DNA of 64,000 nt from Caldisericia bacterium (lineage in GTDB: Bacteria > Caldisericota > Caldisericia > JAAYUI01): assembly GCA_963674785.1 (NCBI GenBank), contig OY771555.1, positions 576,001-640,000 of the forward strand. Direction: 5' to 3'. The position numbers and the translations under genes are program-made. The notes beneath the pieces are model-generated. The model was not told the DNA's origin and did no database searches. It saw nothing but the letters and a program-made list of their open reading frames with translations. Shown here piece after piece: positions 1 through 8,669 of the stretch. Every line of letters begins with the position of its first letter. Position 1 is the first letter of the stretch.

Positions 1-1317
1 AAGCTCAGTATCTGAATATTGATCAAGGATTTTATTAAGATTTCCCCGATCAACACCATTTGTCCATCCTTCGGGAGATTCCTCTTTGACATAATCAATG
101 TACTGTTTTACAAGCTCTTCAAGATTGTTCCAGTCTCTAAACTCTGATACATTCGACGCCCTTGCATAATCACTCGTTCCCTTGTTGTGACTTTTGAGCC
201 AATTGTCATATTTATCATTTAAAAACTCATCCCAGCTATCGACACCCTCTGCAACATCTGGAGACTGAGACACAGGAATCTCTTTGTTCAACGCTTTCCA
301 GGTACCCTTGTCCTCATTGTATTCCCAGTTTTTTCTCTGGTTGGGATTTTCCTTCAACCACTGTGAGAATTTCTGTGGGTCATTTTCTGCCATACTGTAA
401 ACTGACCCCTGGGCAAGCCCAATTCCCGTGTACCACTCCTCAAGATAGCTACTGTAATCAGTGCCTCCAGCAAAAGCTGAATGCACACCACTACCCTCAT
501 TTGCTGGTTTTGATTTTGTCATGATGTCTCTGAAAAGCTTGAACTCATCAGCAAGCTTAGAGTCATCCGCCATCTTCAAAATGTTTTCGGACTCCCTATA
601 ATCGACTCCAGTGGAACTGTAAAGAGATGAGATTGACCCATCCGCTGTGGTTGGAATTTTCCTGAAAGTTTCAGAGAATCTCTCTGTAACAGATTCAATG
701 TAACTTGTCATTTGTGAGGTATCAGAGATGTCAAACGCTGATACCATCATATTTGATATCTTTGTGAGTTTTTCAGATAATACATCTTCAGCAGATACCA
801 ATCCCGATGCAAGCAATGTTACAAGTCTTTTTGTCCAGAGCTGTGGGTCTTCTTTTGATAGTGGTCCCAATCTTGCAGGTGAGTGAAGCTCAAAATATCC
901 TGCCAGAATATCTGAAATCCTGTAAGCAGCTGACTCAATCTCACTTGAACCTTGGGTTAGTCCACTTGCAAACATCGATGCCGCTGTCACTCCCCAGTTG
1001 AACATCAAGTCGGGAAGTTCAGTCAGTGATTTGTTTATGGATGATGTGAGTGATGACCCAAAATCAGTTCCAATCTCACTTGCCATCTCTCTCATTTTCA
1101 GAGCCGAAAGCTGCAGTGATTTTGTGGTTTCATCAAGTTTTGTTTTGAGCTTTGTTGCTCCGTTTTCAGCAATCTTCCAGGAGGAAACAAGAGTCTTTAT
1201 TGCGGAAGAATTCTTTTCAATTCCAGCTGATAATTCAGCTACTCCGCTTTCTACCTCTGAAATAATCGCTGTTGCGTTATCTTTTGCTTCGATTTCTATT
1301 GATAGTTTTTCTGTCAA
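1..1317 (-). CDS. Tape measure-like protein (3' end runs off window)
   Basis: Not in the ORF track. I translated an open frame from TTG at 1317 (RBS AGGAGG) to base 1. N-terminus MTEKLSIEIEAKDNATAII and motif FELHSPARLGPLS resemble siphophage tape measure proteins. It lies downstream of the tail chaperone. Confidence 0.75.
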   Translation of the reverse strand, partial: MTEKLSIEIEAKDNATAIISEVESGVAELSAGIEKNSSAIKTLVSSWKIAENGATKLKTKLDETTKSLQLSALKMREMASEIGTDFGSSLTSSINKSLTELPDLMFNWGVTAASMFASGLTQGSSEIESAAYRISDILAGYFELHSPARLGPLSKEDPQLWTKRLVTLLASGLVSAEDVLSEKLTKISNMMVSAFDISDTSQMTSYIESVTERFSETFRKIPTTADGSISSLYSSTGVDYRESENILKMADDSKLADEFKLFRDIMTKSKPANEGSGVHSAFAGGTDYSSYLEEWYTGIGLAQGSVYSMAENDPQKFSQWLKENPNQRKNWEYNEDKGTWKALNKEIPVSQSPDVAEGVDSWDEFLNDKYDNWLKSHNKGTSDYARASNVSEFRDWNNLEELVKQYIDYVKEESPEGWTNGVDRGNLNKILDQYSDTEL

Positions 1318-1401
1318 TTTTTCCTCCTGTATTCAATTACGTAAATTCCTTTTTCAAGGGAGTGACCACCAGTGGTATAGGCGCATCCTATCATTTCTTC
1401 A

Positions 1402-1712
1402 TCATTCCCTCGCAGGCGGGAATAAAGGGGATGAAAAAATACATCCTTTTTGTTTGGTTAGATGATTTGACCATCATCAATAATTCCCCACAAAATATTT
1501 TGTGAATCAAAAGTAACCCTGGATGCCAGATCAAGTCTGGCATGACGAGGTATTCATCCTGAACTTGATTCAGGATCTGGCAGAAAGAATCGCATCTGAT
1601 TAGGGTTGAGATTCCCGGTCATAGCCGGGAATGACGTGAAAGTAGGCTGGAATAACGGGTTTTAAATGCCCTCCCTGAAGAGGGAGGGAGATGCCATTGA
1701 CATCCGGGAGGG
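1402..1712. repeat. Composite palindromic repeat element, copy A (CGTC/GTCAT-tagged REP-like)
   Basis: Palindromes TCATTCCC..GGGAAT (1402-1423), GATGCCAGATCAAGTCTGGCATGACG (~1522-1547), TCATCCTGAACTTGATTCAGGATC, GATTCCCGG..CCGGGAATGACG and CCCTCCC..GGGAGGG. The spacer resembles copies B, D and E. Confidence 0.8.
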
Positions 1713-1723
1713 TTTTCTCCATT

Positions 1724-1752
1724 AAAAAAGGCCTCCGGTCACCGGAGGCCTT
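1724..1752 (-). terminator. Intrinsic terminator after menA
   Basis: AGGCCTCCGG-TCA-CCGGAGGCCT hairpin followed by a T-tract on the minus strand. Confidence 0.8.
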
Positions 1753-1777
1753 GATGTTTTTAAGATATCTTGTGTGC

Positions 1778-2695
1778 TTAGATTATAAATCCAATCGCGA
1801 TAAGAAGCGACATGGCAACATGCCCCATGACTGTCATTGCACAAGCACCTGTTAGCTTTGATGGTTCTTTGTAGTTTGCCCGAAGCTCAACATTTGATTT
1901 CACAAGTATCGGCAGTGCCAAAAATCCAAGTGACGTCCAAGGTGGCATATGAGTAAAAATAAGCCCACAGCCAAGTGCAATAAATGGTGTGAGGATAAGG
2001 AAGAAGTGAAGTCTTGCTGCAACGTCTGCACCGAGTCTTACGATCAAATGACGTTTACCTGTAGCTTCATCTGCCACCCTATCTGGGAATTCATTCACAT
2101 AGAGAATAAGCCCAACAAGGATCGTCATTGGAAGTGTCACAATCACAGGAACCCACGAGAGCATCCCTGTTTGTATGTAGAATGTTGCAAGTGCGACAAG
2201 CGCTCCGCATGTGATACCGGTTATCAGTTCACCAAAACCTGTTGAACCAAGCTCAATTGGTTTTGCTGTGTAGAAGTATCCAATCAAAATTCCAAGAGCT
2301 CCGATAATAAGTGTCCATATTCCCGAAACAAGATAGAGGTATACACCAATTGCAGCAGAAATAGTAAAGAGGAAGATCGCAAATCTAAGTGCACCCTTTG
2401 GGCTGATTGCTCCACTTTGAATGAGTCTGCTTCCACCAGTAAATGGTCTTACTGGAGTTTCATTTTTTTCATCGCAACCGGAGACATGATCCCAATAATC
2501 ATTTGCAGCATTTGTTGCAAAATTTGCAGTCACAGTTGCAAGAACTGTCAAAATGGCATTTAGCCAATTGAGAGTTCCAAATACACTCCAGATCATGGCA
2601 CATGTGACGATTACAGTCATTGCTGTTGCTGTGAAAAATTCTGGTCTCATCTCAGCAATCCAAACACCAAATGGTACTTTTTTCTTTTCGGTCAT
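1778..2695 (-). CDS. menA: 1,4-dihydroxy-2-naphthoate polyprenyltransferase (UbiA family)
   Basis: NDYWD..G.D, GGSR, GFGE and NEFPD..AD..TGKR.L.VRLG motifs with multiple TM helices. Start moved to ATG 2695 (RBS GAGGTG). Confidence 0.9.
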   Translation of the reverse strand: MTEKKKVPFGVWIAEMRPEFFTATAMTVIVTCAMIWSVFGTLNWLNAILTVLATVTANFATNAANDYWDHVSGCDEKNETPVRPFTGGSRLIQSGAISPKGALRFAIFLFTISAAIGVYLYLVSGIWTLIIGALGILIGYFYTAKPIELGSTGFGELITGITCGALVALATFYIQTGMLSWVPVIVTLPMTILVGLILYVNEFPDRVADEATGKRHLIVRLGADVAARLHFFLILTPFIALGCGLIFTHMPPWTSLGFLALPILVKSNVELRANYKEPSKLTGACAMTVMGHVAMSLLIAIGFII

Positions 2696-2758
2696 ACTAC
2701 TTTCACCTCGAAGGTTATTTTCAGTTACACATGATAAAAACAACTTCATTAAAAGGAA

Positions 2759-2995
2759 TCAAGATACCCTATGGGAGTTTCCACTCATCTTTTTGACTTG
2801 CAAAAGTTTCTGTTTTTTTCTGACATCAGACACAACTTCTGAAACCTTCACGAGCAGATAATCTTGAACCAGAAGTCCTCCAGAGTTTGTCCACAGACCA
2901 AGTTTGTTTACACTTTCAATCCACGATAAAACAATTTGAAATTTACGAGGCACGCTTTGAGATATTCCAAAGAGTGCCTCCTCGATTAGTTTTTT
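2759..2995 (-). CDS. Tail assembly chaperone -1 frameshift extension (gpT-like part of a gpGT fusion)
   Basis: The -1 frame is open from slippery A AAA AAC (2989-2995) through LIEEALFGISQSVPRKFQIV to the stop at 2759. Confidence 0.75.
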   Translation of the reverse strand, partial: KKLIEEALFGISQSVPRKFQIVLSWIESVNKLGLWTNSGGLLVQDYLLVKVSEVVSDVRKKQKLLQVKKMSGNSHRVS

Positions 2996-3321
2996 TCCGA
3001 ATTTGTGAAGCTATGAAACTCCATTACCTCGGCCAATAACAAATTGAAATATAGAGCATCAAGTCCGGCAAGAGCTTCCTTTGATACCGACATTTTTTCA
3101 CCACCCACAGTCAAGCTGTGTGTAGCAAGAGTGACCATCTCAAGGTTTGCATCGTTACCCGACTTAAAACTCTCTGATGAGTTTTCATCACCCTCAATCA
3201 AAATCTCCTGGATACGCCTGAAGTCTCCCATGGAGACCCCATGAATTTCAGCTTTATCACCCTTACAACATCTTGAATCAAGGGCGTGAAAATCAATCTT
3301 TTTTGATCTGATGTAACTCAT
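2986..3321 (-). CDS. Tail assembly chaperone (gpG-like)
   Basis: 111-aa acidic ORF directly after the tail tube gene, ending in a slippery heptamer. Confidence 0.75.
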   Translation of the reverse strand: MSYIRSKKIDFHALDSRCCKGDKAEIHGVSMGDFRRIQEILIEGDENSSESFKSGNDANLEMVTLATHSLTVGGEKMSVSKEALAGLDALYFNLLLAEVMEFHSFTNSEKN

Positions 3322-4554
3322 CTAGTAGCTCCCATTTACGAGTTCTACTTTGAGTGCAAAACCTTCCTCATCATCATAAACAGCCATTGCATTCCATGAT
3401 TGAGCAATTCTTCTGCCTATTTCTACTGGCACTGAACATTTTGTCATGTATACATTAGGCATAATAAGTTTTAATGAGTAATTATTCAATTCAGAATTAC
3501 CAATTGTCTCTCCAGTAGTTGTGATTGTGGCTGCAAATGGGGTTGTTGTCTGTTTGACATCATATTCAGAACCGCTTGCTCCAAGGAATCTCTGAAGGTC
3601 TGTGTCTGAATCAAAGATAGCCTCAGCTGAAAAATTCGCAGAAACTCCACCTGGGCTTCCCTTTGTGGTAAAGATTCCTGATTCGAGAGTTCGGTCTGCT
3701 CCCTCAAGACCATTTGAGATGTCGATTTTGAGAGACTTTACGATTCCAGTTTTGTTTGTGCTATCAAACTCAACTACGGTGTCTCTTGTGAAAAGAGGCT
3801 CAAGGTCTGTGTAGCTTGGAGTGGAATTTGTATTGTGTATGCTCATTTTTGAACCGATGAAACTTGTTGTGGTCATGATGGGTTCCATAGCCTGGTAATC
3901 AAGATTCACGGATTTTGCGGTCATTCCTGAGAATTTTGCGGTGCTACTACCTTCTGGTGTTCCAAGGTCGAGTTCCCAAGTGTAGCTTGGAAGTTCACTT
4001 GTATCGCTGAAAGTGTGTTTATAGGCAGGTGTTGTGTTTTCATCCACTGCATCACCAAGGTCATGGTCAAACAAAAGTCCATTCCCACTGCCTTCTGCTT
4101 CAATCATGAGAGTATTTGTAGAGATGTTTGTGATTTTTGCAAACTCACAGGTTGACCCTGTATCGATTGCGATATAATCACCAACCACAAGTCCTGTGGC
4201 ATCTGTTACATCAAATACTGTATCTCCTGCGATCACTGCTTCTGCAAGTGTTGTTTGCACGCCACCTGTTGGTCTCTCAGGAAGTGCCGTTGTTGTTTTT
4301 GCCCCGAACAACCCATACAGAAGTTCACAGGTTGCATCGGGGTCTGCTTCCATCTTCAGTGAACCACTCTGATTCCAACCACGCTGGACGACCTCTGATG
4401 ATTGAGCTGATCCACCGATTCTAAATCTTCTTTGCATCTCACGGCCCCAGTCCATGGAGCATGAGAGTACCTTCCAAAAATTATCAGCCGATACTTCGGT
4501 TCCGTATGTTGATTCTCTTCCGAAACCAAAATAGCTAGATTCTCCTTTTGGCAT
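3322..4554 (-). CDS. Phage tail tube protein with inserted beta domain
   Basis: N-terminal FGFGRESTYGT and central H.F....LPSYT.E motifs are typical of siphophage tail tube proteins. Gene position fits. Confidence 0.8.
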   Translation of the reverse strand: MPKGESSYFGFGRESTYGTEVSADNFWKVLSCSMDWGREMQRRFRIGGSAQSSEVVQRGWNQSGSLKMEADPDATCELLYGLFGAKTTTALPERPTGGVQTTLAEAVIAGDTVFDVTDATGLVVGDYIAIDTGSTCEFAKITNISTNTLMIEAEGSGNGLLFDHDLGDAVDENTTPAYKHTFSDTSELPSYTWELDLGTPEGSSTAKFSGMTAKSVNLDYQAMEPIMTTTSFIGSKMSIHNTNSTPSYTDLEPLFTRDTVVEFDSTNKTGIVKSLKIDISNGLEGADRTLESGIFTTKGSPGGVSANFSAEAIFDSDTDLQRFLGASGSEYDVKQTTTPFAATITTTGETIGNSELNNYSLKLIMPNVYMTKCSVPVEIGRRIAQSWNAMAVYDDEEGFALKVELVNGSY

Positions 4555-4661
4555 AATTATTTCTCCTTTAGTGATTATGAAACTTGAAAACCATCCTTAT
4601 CTCGAATGGTTTCGATTAAAACCTATATCAAATTTCCTCTTATCTCTCCTGCATTTCTCTA

Positions 4662-4870
4662 CGTCATTCCCGCGCAGGCGGGAATCTAGGGCATAAAAAA
4701 ACGCACATGTTTTTCTGGCCAGATTATTTGACCGACACAATGAATTCCTCAATAGAAAACTCATGTTTCAAATTAACCCTGGATGCCGTGTCAAGCACGG
4801 CATGACGTGGTGGGATTACAAGACGATTGTTTTCCCCACTCCTTTCTGAGGAGAGGGGTTAGGGGTGAGG
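4662..4870. repeat. Composite palindromic repeat element, copy B
   Basis: CGTCATTCCCGCGCAGGCGGGAATC, a ~95-bp spacer, GGATGCCGTGTCAAGCACGGCATGACG, then a GGAGAGGGGTTAGGGGTGAGG-type repeat. Confidence 0.85.
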
Positions 4871-4874
4871 AGTA

Positions 4875-5279
4875 CTATATCTTCACCTCAACCACGACCA
4901 TCAGTTGTGACTGTAAAATAAAGCTGTTTTCTGAAAAGATCGGGTTTCCGATAAACTCTGTGGTCACCAAAGATGATGGATTTGAGAGGAAATTTTTGTT
5001 CCTTACAACACTTTCAATCTCTGCTGTCAGCTCTGAGAGTTTCAGATAACCATCCTCTTTTCCTGTTAATCCCTGAACCATCACTGTTAAGACAAGAGGA
5101 ATGAGTATATTTTTCCCACCTGCAAATGTCTCTGGTTTTTCTGTTGTCTTTGCAAGATGCAAACAACATGCGGGATATTTTGGCACAGCTTGCTTGAGGC
5201 CAATGAATATGAGCACATCATCCAAAGCTTCAGCCAAATTTGTTTTTGCTTCAAGCAATAACTCTTTATATGGTGTCAT
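4875..5279 (-). CDS. Putative tail terminator / tail completion protein
   Basis: 134 aa with a YPACC-type motif, immediately upstream of the tail tube gene. Mainly a positional call. Confidence 0.55.
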   Translation of the reverse strand: MTPYKELLLEAKTNLAEALDDVLIFIGLKQAVPKYPACCLHLAKTTEKPETFAGGKNILIPLVLTVMVQGLTGKEDGYLKLSELTAEIESVVRNKNFLSNPSSLVTTEFIGNPIFSENSFILQSQLMVVVEVKI

Positions 5280-5655
5280 TTTCTCCCCCCATCAAAAACC
5301 TCAGTAGTATCTCCTTCACCTTATCAACCCATCCTGGAGGCATGTTCATGAATGACCTTTTTGGAATTGTTTTTGAGCCAAACTCGTGGACAGCCGCATA
5401 TGGGAGCTCAGAAAGTCCTGTGCCAATCTCTGCCCTGTTTCCAGCAATAGTAACTGAGGTTGCTGCATTTTTGAGACTACCAGATTTATGCAAGTTTTTT
5501 CCACCAGTCCATTTTGGTCTTCCTCCTGATGTGAAGTTTTGATTGATTTCACTTACCACAAACGCTGATGAATCCTTCAAAGCATCATAAGGATTTGTGA
5601 TCTTCTCCTTTAAATCCGTGAGGATTTTTGTTACAGAAAATGTTATGCCTAACAT
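5266..5655 (-). CDS. Phage virion morphogenesis (tail completion) protein
   Basis: NF.SGGRPKW, L..SG.L, YAAVHEFG and IPKRSFM motifs of the virion morphogenesis family. Confidence 0.8.
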   Translation of the reverse strand: MLGITFSVTKILTDLKEKITNPYDALKDSSAFVVSEINQNFTSGGRPKWTGGKNLHKSGSLKNAATSVTIAGNRAEIGTGLSELPYAAVHEFGSKTIPKRSFMNMPPGWVDKVKEILLRFLMGGENDTI

Positions 5656-6017
5656 ATCCAAAGCTCTCCCCATGTCTCTTTTTTTGTGAGTCCTGATTCT
5701 ATTGTTCCACCCACTATACCCTTCAGAGTTTCAAGACAGCGTTTATATTTTCTGTTTGCTGTCTCAAAAAATCCCCCGTTTTCTTCACTGTAGAGAAACT
5801 CCAGAATCAATGAGACAGCAAGTTCAGTGGAAAGTTCATTAATCAAATCGGGTACAGGTTCAGTGATTATGAATGTTTCAGATAGATTTGCATCGATTAT
5901 ACGGTCTGCTTTTGTGATGGCATGTTCAACCGAAAATTCGGTTTCGGATTGATCAGGCACAACCGACGAGTCGATTCCTTTCAATGATTTTCGTACATCA
6001 AGAATAGTTGTATACAT
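5649..6017 (-). CDS. Head-tail adaptor (Mu gp36/DUF1320-like)
   Basis: MYTT..DV, AI..AD..ID..L and P.LI..L patterns; located after the capsid gene. Confidence 0.7.
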   Translation of the reverse strand: MYTTILDVRKSLKGIDSSVVPDQSETEFSVEHAITKADRIIDANLSETFIITEPVPDLINELSTELAVSLILEFLYSEENGGFFETANRKYKRCLETLKGIVGGTIESGLTKKETWGELWIC

Positions 6018-6079
6018 TGTTACTCCTTTGTTTCTCTGCTTGAATCACATGTTTTCTTTCGACTTTCCAACGAAAGCTG

Positions 6080-6205
6080 CAATCCAGGATTATTCATGAT
6101 TCAGGCATTTCTACGGGATAATCTTTGATAAAAGAACAATAGTCTCACCAAACAAAAAGAAGACGATTTTCTTTGCCCTGGTTACCCGTTTTCACGGGAA
6201 GACGT
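6080..6205. repeat. Degenerate composite repeat, copy C (inverted orientation)
   Basis: ATCCAGGATTA...GCCCTGG..CCCG..CGGGA.GACG matches the layout of copy E. Confidence 0.5.
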
Positions 6206-6248
6206 AGTAGGGAATATGAGAGTTAGCATTAATTAACGCTGAATTCCT

Positions 6249-6407
6249 CTACTTCTTCCTCTTCTTTTTGAAGATTTTGAAATCAGGATTTCTTTTCAGA
6301 TATTCAATTTCATCTGCAGAATTTGTTGAAAACGGAATCCCATTTTCAGCTCTTCTCCACCTTGTTACAACTGATTTTTTACTGCCAGAAAGTACATATC
6401 TCGGCAT
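6249..6407 (-). CDS. Small basic protein downstream of capsid (52 aa)
   Basis: Below the ORF-track cutoff. MPRYVLSGSKKSVVTRWRRAENGIPFSTNSADEIEYLKRNPDFKIFKKKRKK starts 2 bp after the capsid stop. Confidence 0.6.
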   Translation of the reverse strand: MPRYVLSGSKKSVVTRWRRAENGIPFSTNSADEIEYLKRNPDFKIFKKKRKK

Positions 6408-6409
6408 GA

Positions 6410-7585
6410 CTACTTGACCTTCAAGCTATCAAGCACAACAACAGCATCTGGGTTTTCAAGTGCACAATCACATCTGAGAGTAACAACAAAGTATGTAACA
6501 CCTTCTGTCGCACGGCGTTCGGTTTCAATGTTGATGTCTTGCTGGATTCCAAGGATGAGGTTATTGTAGTCACAAAGCATGGAGAATGTTCCATCAAGTG
6601 TGACTTCAACAACTGCTTCACTTGAGTCGTGATCATATTCAAGTGCAGTTTTTAGTGTGAGGTCATTACTTGATTTTGAATCAATCTCTCTTACCTCACG
6701 TTTTGCACCAGACCCAATTGTGATTTTGTCACCTGCTGTGAAGTTTGTGCCATCGGCGACAGTGATTACTGTATCAGTTGCACTTGCCGAAGAGCCAAGG
6801 GTTGATGTTGCACCAGAGGCAACCGCAACTGGAAGGTCGTTTGGTAGAAGCGCACATGGAGCAAGCGGAATCCTTCCAAATGAAAGTAGTGAACTTCCTG
6901 TGATTGCACTATCTCCAAGTGGTGTTGTTCTTGTGCCAATTACCTCTACAAAATCCTGATAAAGATCATCAGAAAGGATGAATCTGAGATTTTCACGATT
7001 TCCGCGATATTTGCTTGCAAGTGTTTTGATTGCTCTTGAAAGCTTTTCTTCATCGATGTTTCTATCATCAAATGATGTGCAATCGACAACGTGACCATTT
7101 GAAATGGCATCAGTATACCAGCCATCAATCTGCTCCCAGATATGGTTTTTTGTTTCATCACCGGTGTCTTCGCCCATGAGGTAGGCATACTCGAGCTGAT
7201 TACCAATCTGGTTTGCGACCATCCTCATGAGATGATCTGCAAATGCCTCTCCCTCAATGTTGTCCATCATCGCATCATCTGCAATTGGCACAACAGCCTT
7301 CATTGTTTTTGAGGTGAGTGTAATCTGGTCTGTTGTCACACTAACAGAGTTGTCCTGAGTGGAACCATATGTTCCGGGTCTCAAAACCTCTTCACCGATG
7401 CCGAGCCTTACAAGCTTTTTGGTATTGCTCCTCATCTTTTCAATTCTTGCGTTGTCTTTGAGGAATGATGCATCGATGATGTAATCGATGAATCTATCTG
7501 CATCCTCTGTTGAAAGCCCTATTCGAGTTGCAAAAGTGCTTGATGTTATTGCTGATTTTGAAAGTAATTCTTCGTTTGTTATCAT
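6410..7585 (-). CDS. Major capsid protein (HK97 fold, PBSX XkdG-like) with inserted beta domain
   Basis: L..E.ADRFID and DNIEGE.F motifs, E.AYL.G, and C-terminal LILGIQ.DI..E..R...T.R.D..LE. Start moved to ATG 7585 (RBS GGGAG). Confidence 0.9.
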   Translation of the reverse strand: MITNEELLSKSAITSSTFATRIGLSTEDADRFIDYIIDASFLKDNARIEKMRSNTKKLVRLGIGEEVLRPGTYGSTQDNSVSVTTDQITLTSKTMKAVVPIADDAMMDNIEGEAFADHLMRMVANQIGNQLEYAYLMGEDTGDETKNHIWEQIDGWYTDAISNGHVVDCTSFDDRNIDEEKLSRAIKTLASKYRGNRENLRFILSDDLYQDFVEVIGTRTTPLGDSAITGSSLLSFGRIPLAPCALLPNDLPVAVASGATSTLGSSASATDTVITVADGTNFTAGDKITIGSGAKREVREIDSKSSNDLTLKTALEYDHDSSEAVVEVTLDGTFSMLCDYNNLILGIQQDINIETERRATEGVTYFVVTLRCDCALENPDAVVVLDSLKVK

Positions 7586-7605
7586 ATTTTTTCTCCCAAT
7601 TATTT

Positions 7606-8334
7606 TTATGAGATGAGTCTCTGAATTGATTCCCATTTCATGGTTTTCTTGCCCCCAGCCTGACCTTCGACTGATTTTTTGGCTGTCAGTTTTGATTCAA
7701 TCCCTGCTAACCTTTCTTTCAATGATTCAAAGTTATCATTGAATTTCTCAAAAATCTCGAGAAGGCTTTCAATTGCTCCCTCATTTTTTTTGACTTTTTC
7801 TGTAAGCTCCAGTAAAAGCTCCTCAGGAAGCTTATCCTTCTCTTTTTCTTCTTCTGGTTTCATGACTTTTCCTAACCATTTTTCGAACAATTCACTTTCC
7901 TCCTTTTTTGTATTTTCTACCCAAATAAATTCAGCTTCGTTGTTTGCGGGTTGGTCAACAACAGAGATTTCTGCAATCGTCATTTTTGTGACAACATTCG
8001 CCATCCTGCCATTTACAAATCTGCGGGTTCTGTCATGCACAATTCCACCGATTGAAAATGCTCTGTAATGACGATTTCTAATCATTTCAAGACAGTTTTT
8101 ATCGGTGATTTCGGCACCCACAAGAAGTCCTCGTCCTGGAATTACAAACAGATACTTTGCTATTCCGACGGTTTTTTGGTGATGCATCTCACGGATATTT
8201 CGCCATTTTTTGTAATCACCGATTGCACGACTTACTGCTACTTCAGAGATGATGTCGCCCTCTTTATCGAGTGCATCTGTTGTTGCAAAACCCCAAACAA
8301 GACTACTTTTTACATCTGTTTTTTTGACTTCAAT
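7606..8334 (-). CDS. Prohead protease/scaffold (XkdF/HK97-like); start codon ambiguous
   Basis: The frame extends upstream of the track start: IEVKKTD..LVWGFA..D.EGDII..IREMH, then AFSIGG and EISVVDQPAN, with a coiled-coil C-terminus. No in-frame ATG/GTG/TTG lies upstream of the conserved N-terminus. Confidence 0.8.
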   Translation of the reverse strand: MEVKKTDVKSSLVWGFATTDALDKEGDIISEVAVSRAIGDYKKWRNIREMHHQKTVGIAKYLFVIPGRGLLVGAEITDKNCLEMIRNRHYRAFSIGGIVHDRTRRFVNGRMANVVTKMTIAEISVVDQPANNEAEFIWVENTKKEESELFEKWLGKVMKPEEEKEKDKLPEELLLELTEKVKKNEGAIESLLEIFEKFNDNFESLKERLAGIESKLTAKKSVEGQAGGKKTMKWESIQRLIS

Positions 8335-8420
8335 ATTTACCTCCCAGTTTTTTTAATATTGTCATTTACTACAATTTTTCGCCACTCCCAGTCTCTCTTT
8401 GCTTTTCCAGTTGCCCTGCA

Positions 8421-8669
8421 GTCACCCCGGGCGAAGACCCGGGGTCTATAGCATAAAAAGGCGTGCTCTTTTTTATCAGGTAAAATTGCCCATCCAATAT
8501 CAAGAATTATAAAAATAGAGAATCCATGCATCAAAAGTAACGCTAGATGCCCGATCTGTCATCCCGCACTTGATGCGGGACGGGCATGACGGGTGGAATA
8601 GCCCGGAATGAAGAGTCTAAAAAGCCCTCCCTCATCAGGGAGGGATGGTGACGAAGTCACCAGGGAGGG
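8421..8669. repeat. Composite palindromic repeat element, copy D (with a nested palindrome)
   Basis: GTCACCCCGGGCGAAGACCCGGGGTC, spacer ending TCAAAAGTAAC, GATGCCCG[..GTCATCCCGCACTTGATGCGGGA]CGGGCATGACG, then CCCTCCC..GGGAGGG. Confidence 0.8.

Noticed and set aside
2986-6017. Contractile injection system or R-type tailocin
   Set aside because: No sheath gene lies between the completion proteins and the tube, and head and packaging genes are present.
6410-7585. Encapsulin nanocompartment
   Set aside because: The capsid gene is accompanied by portal, terminase, protease and tail genes.
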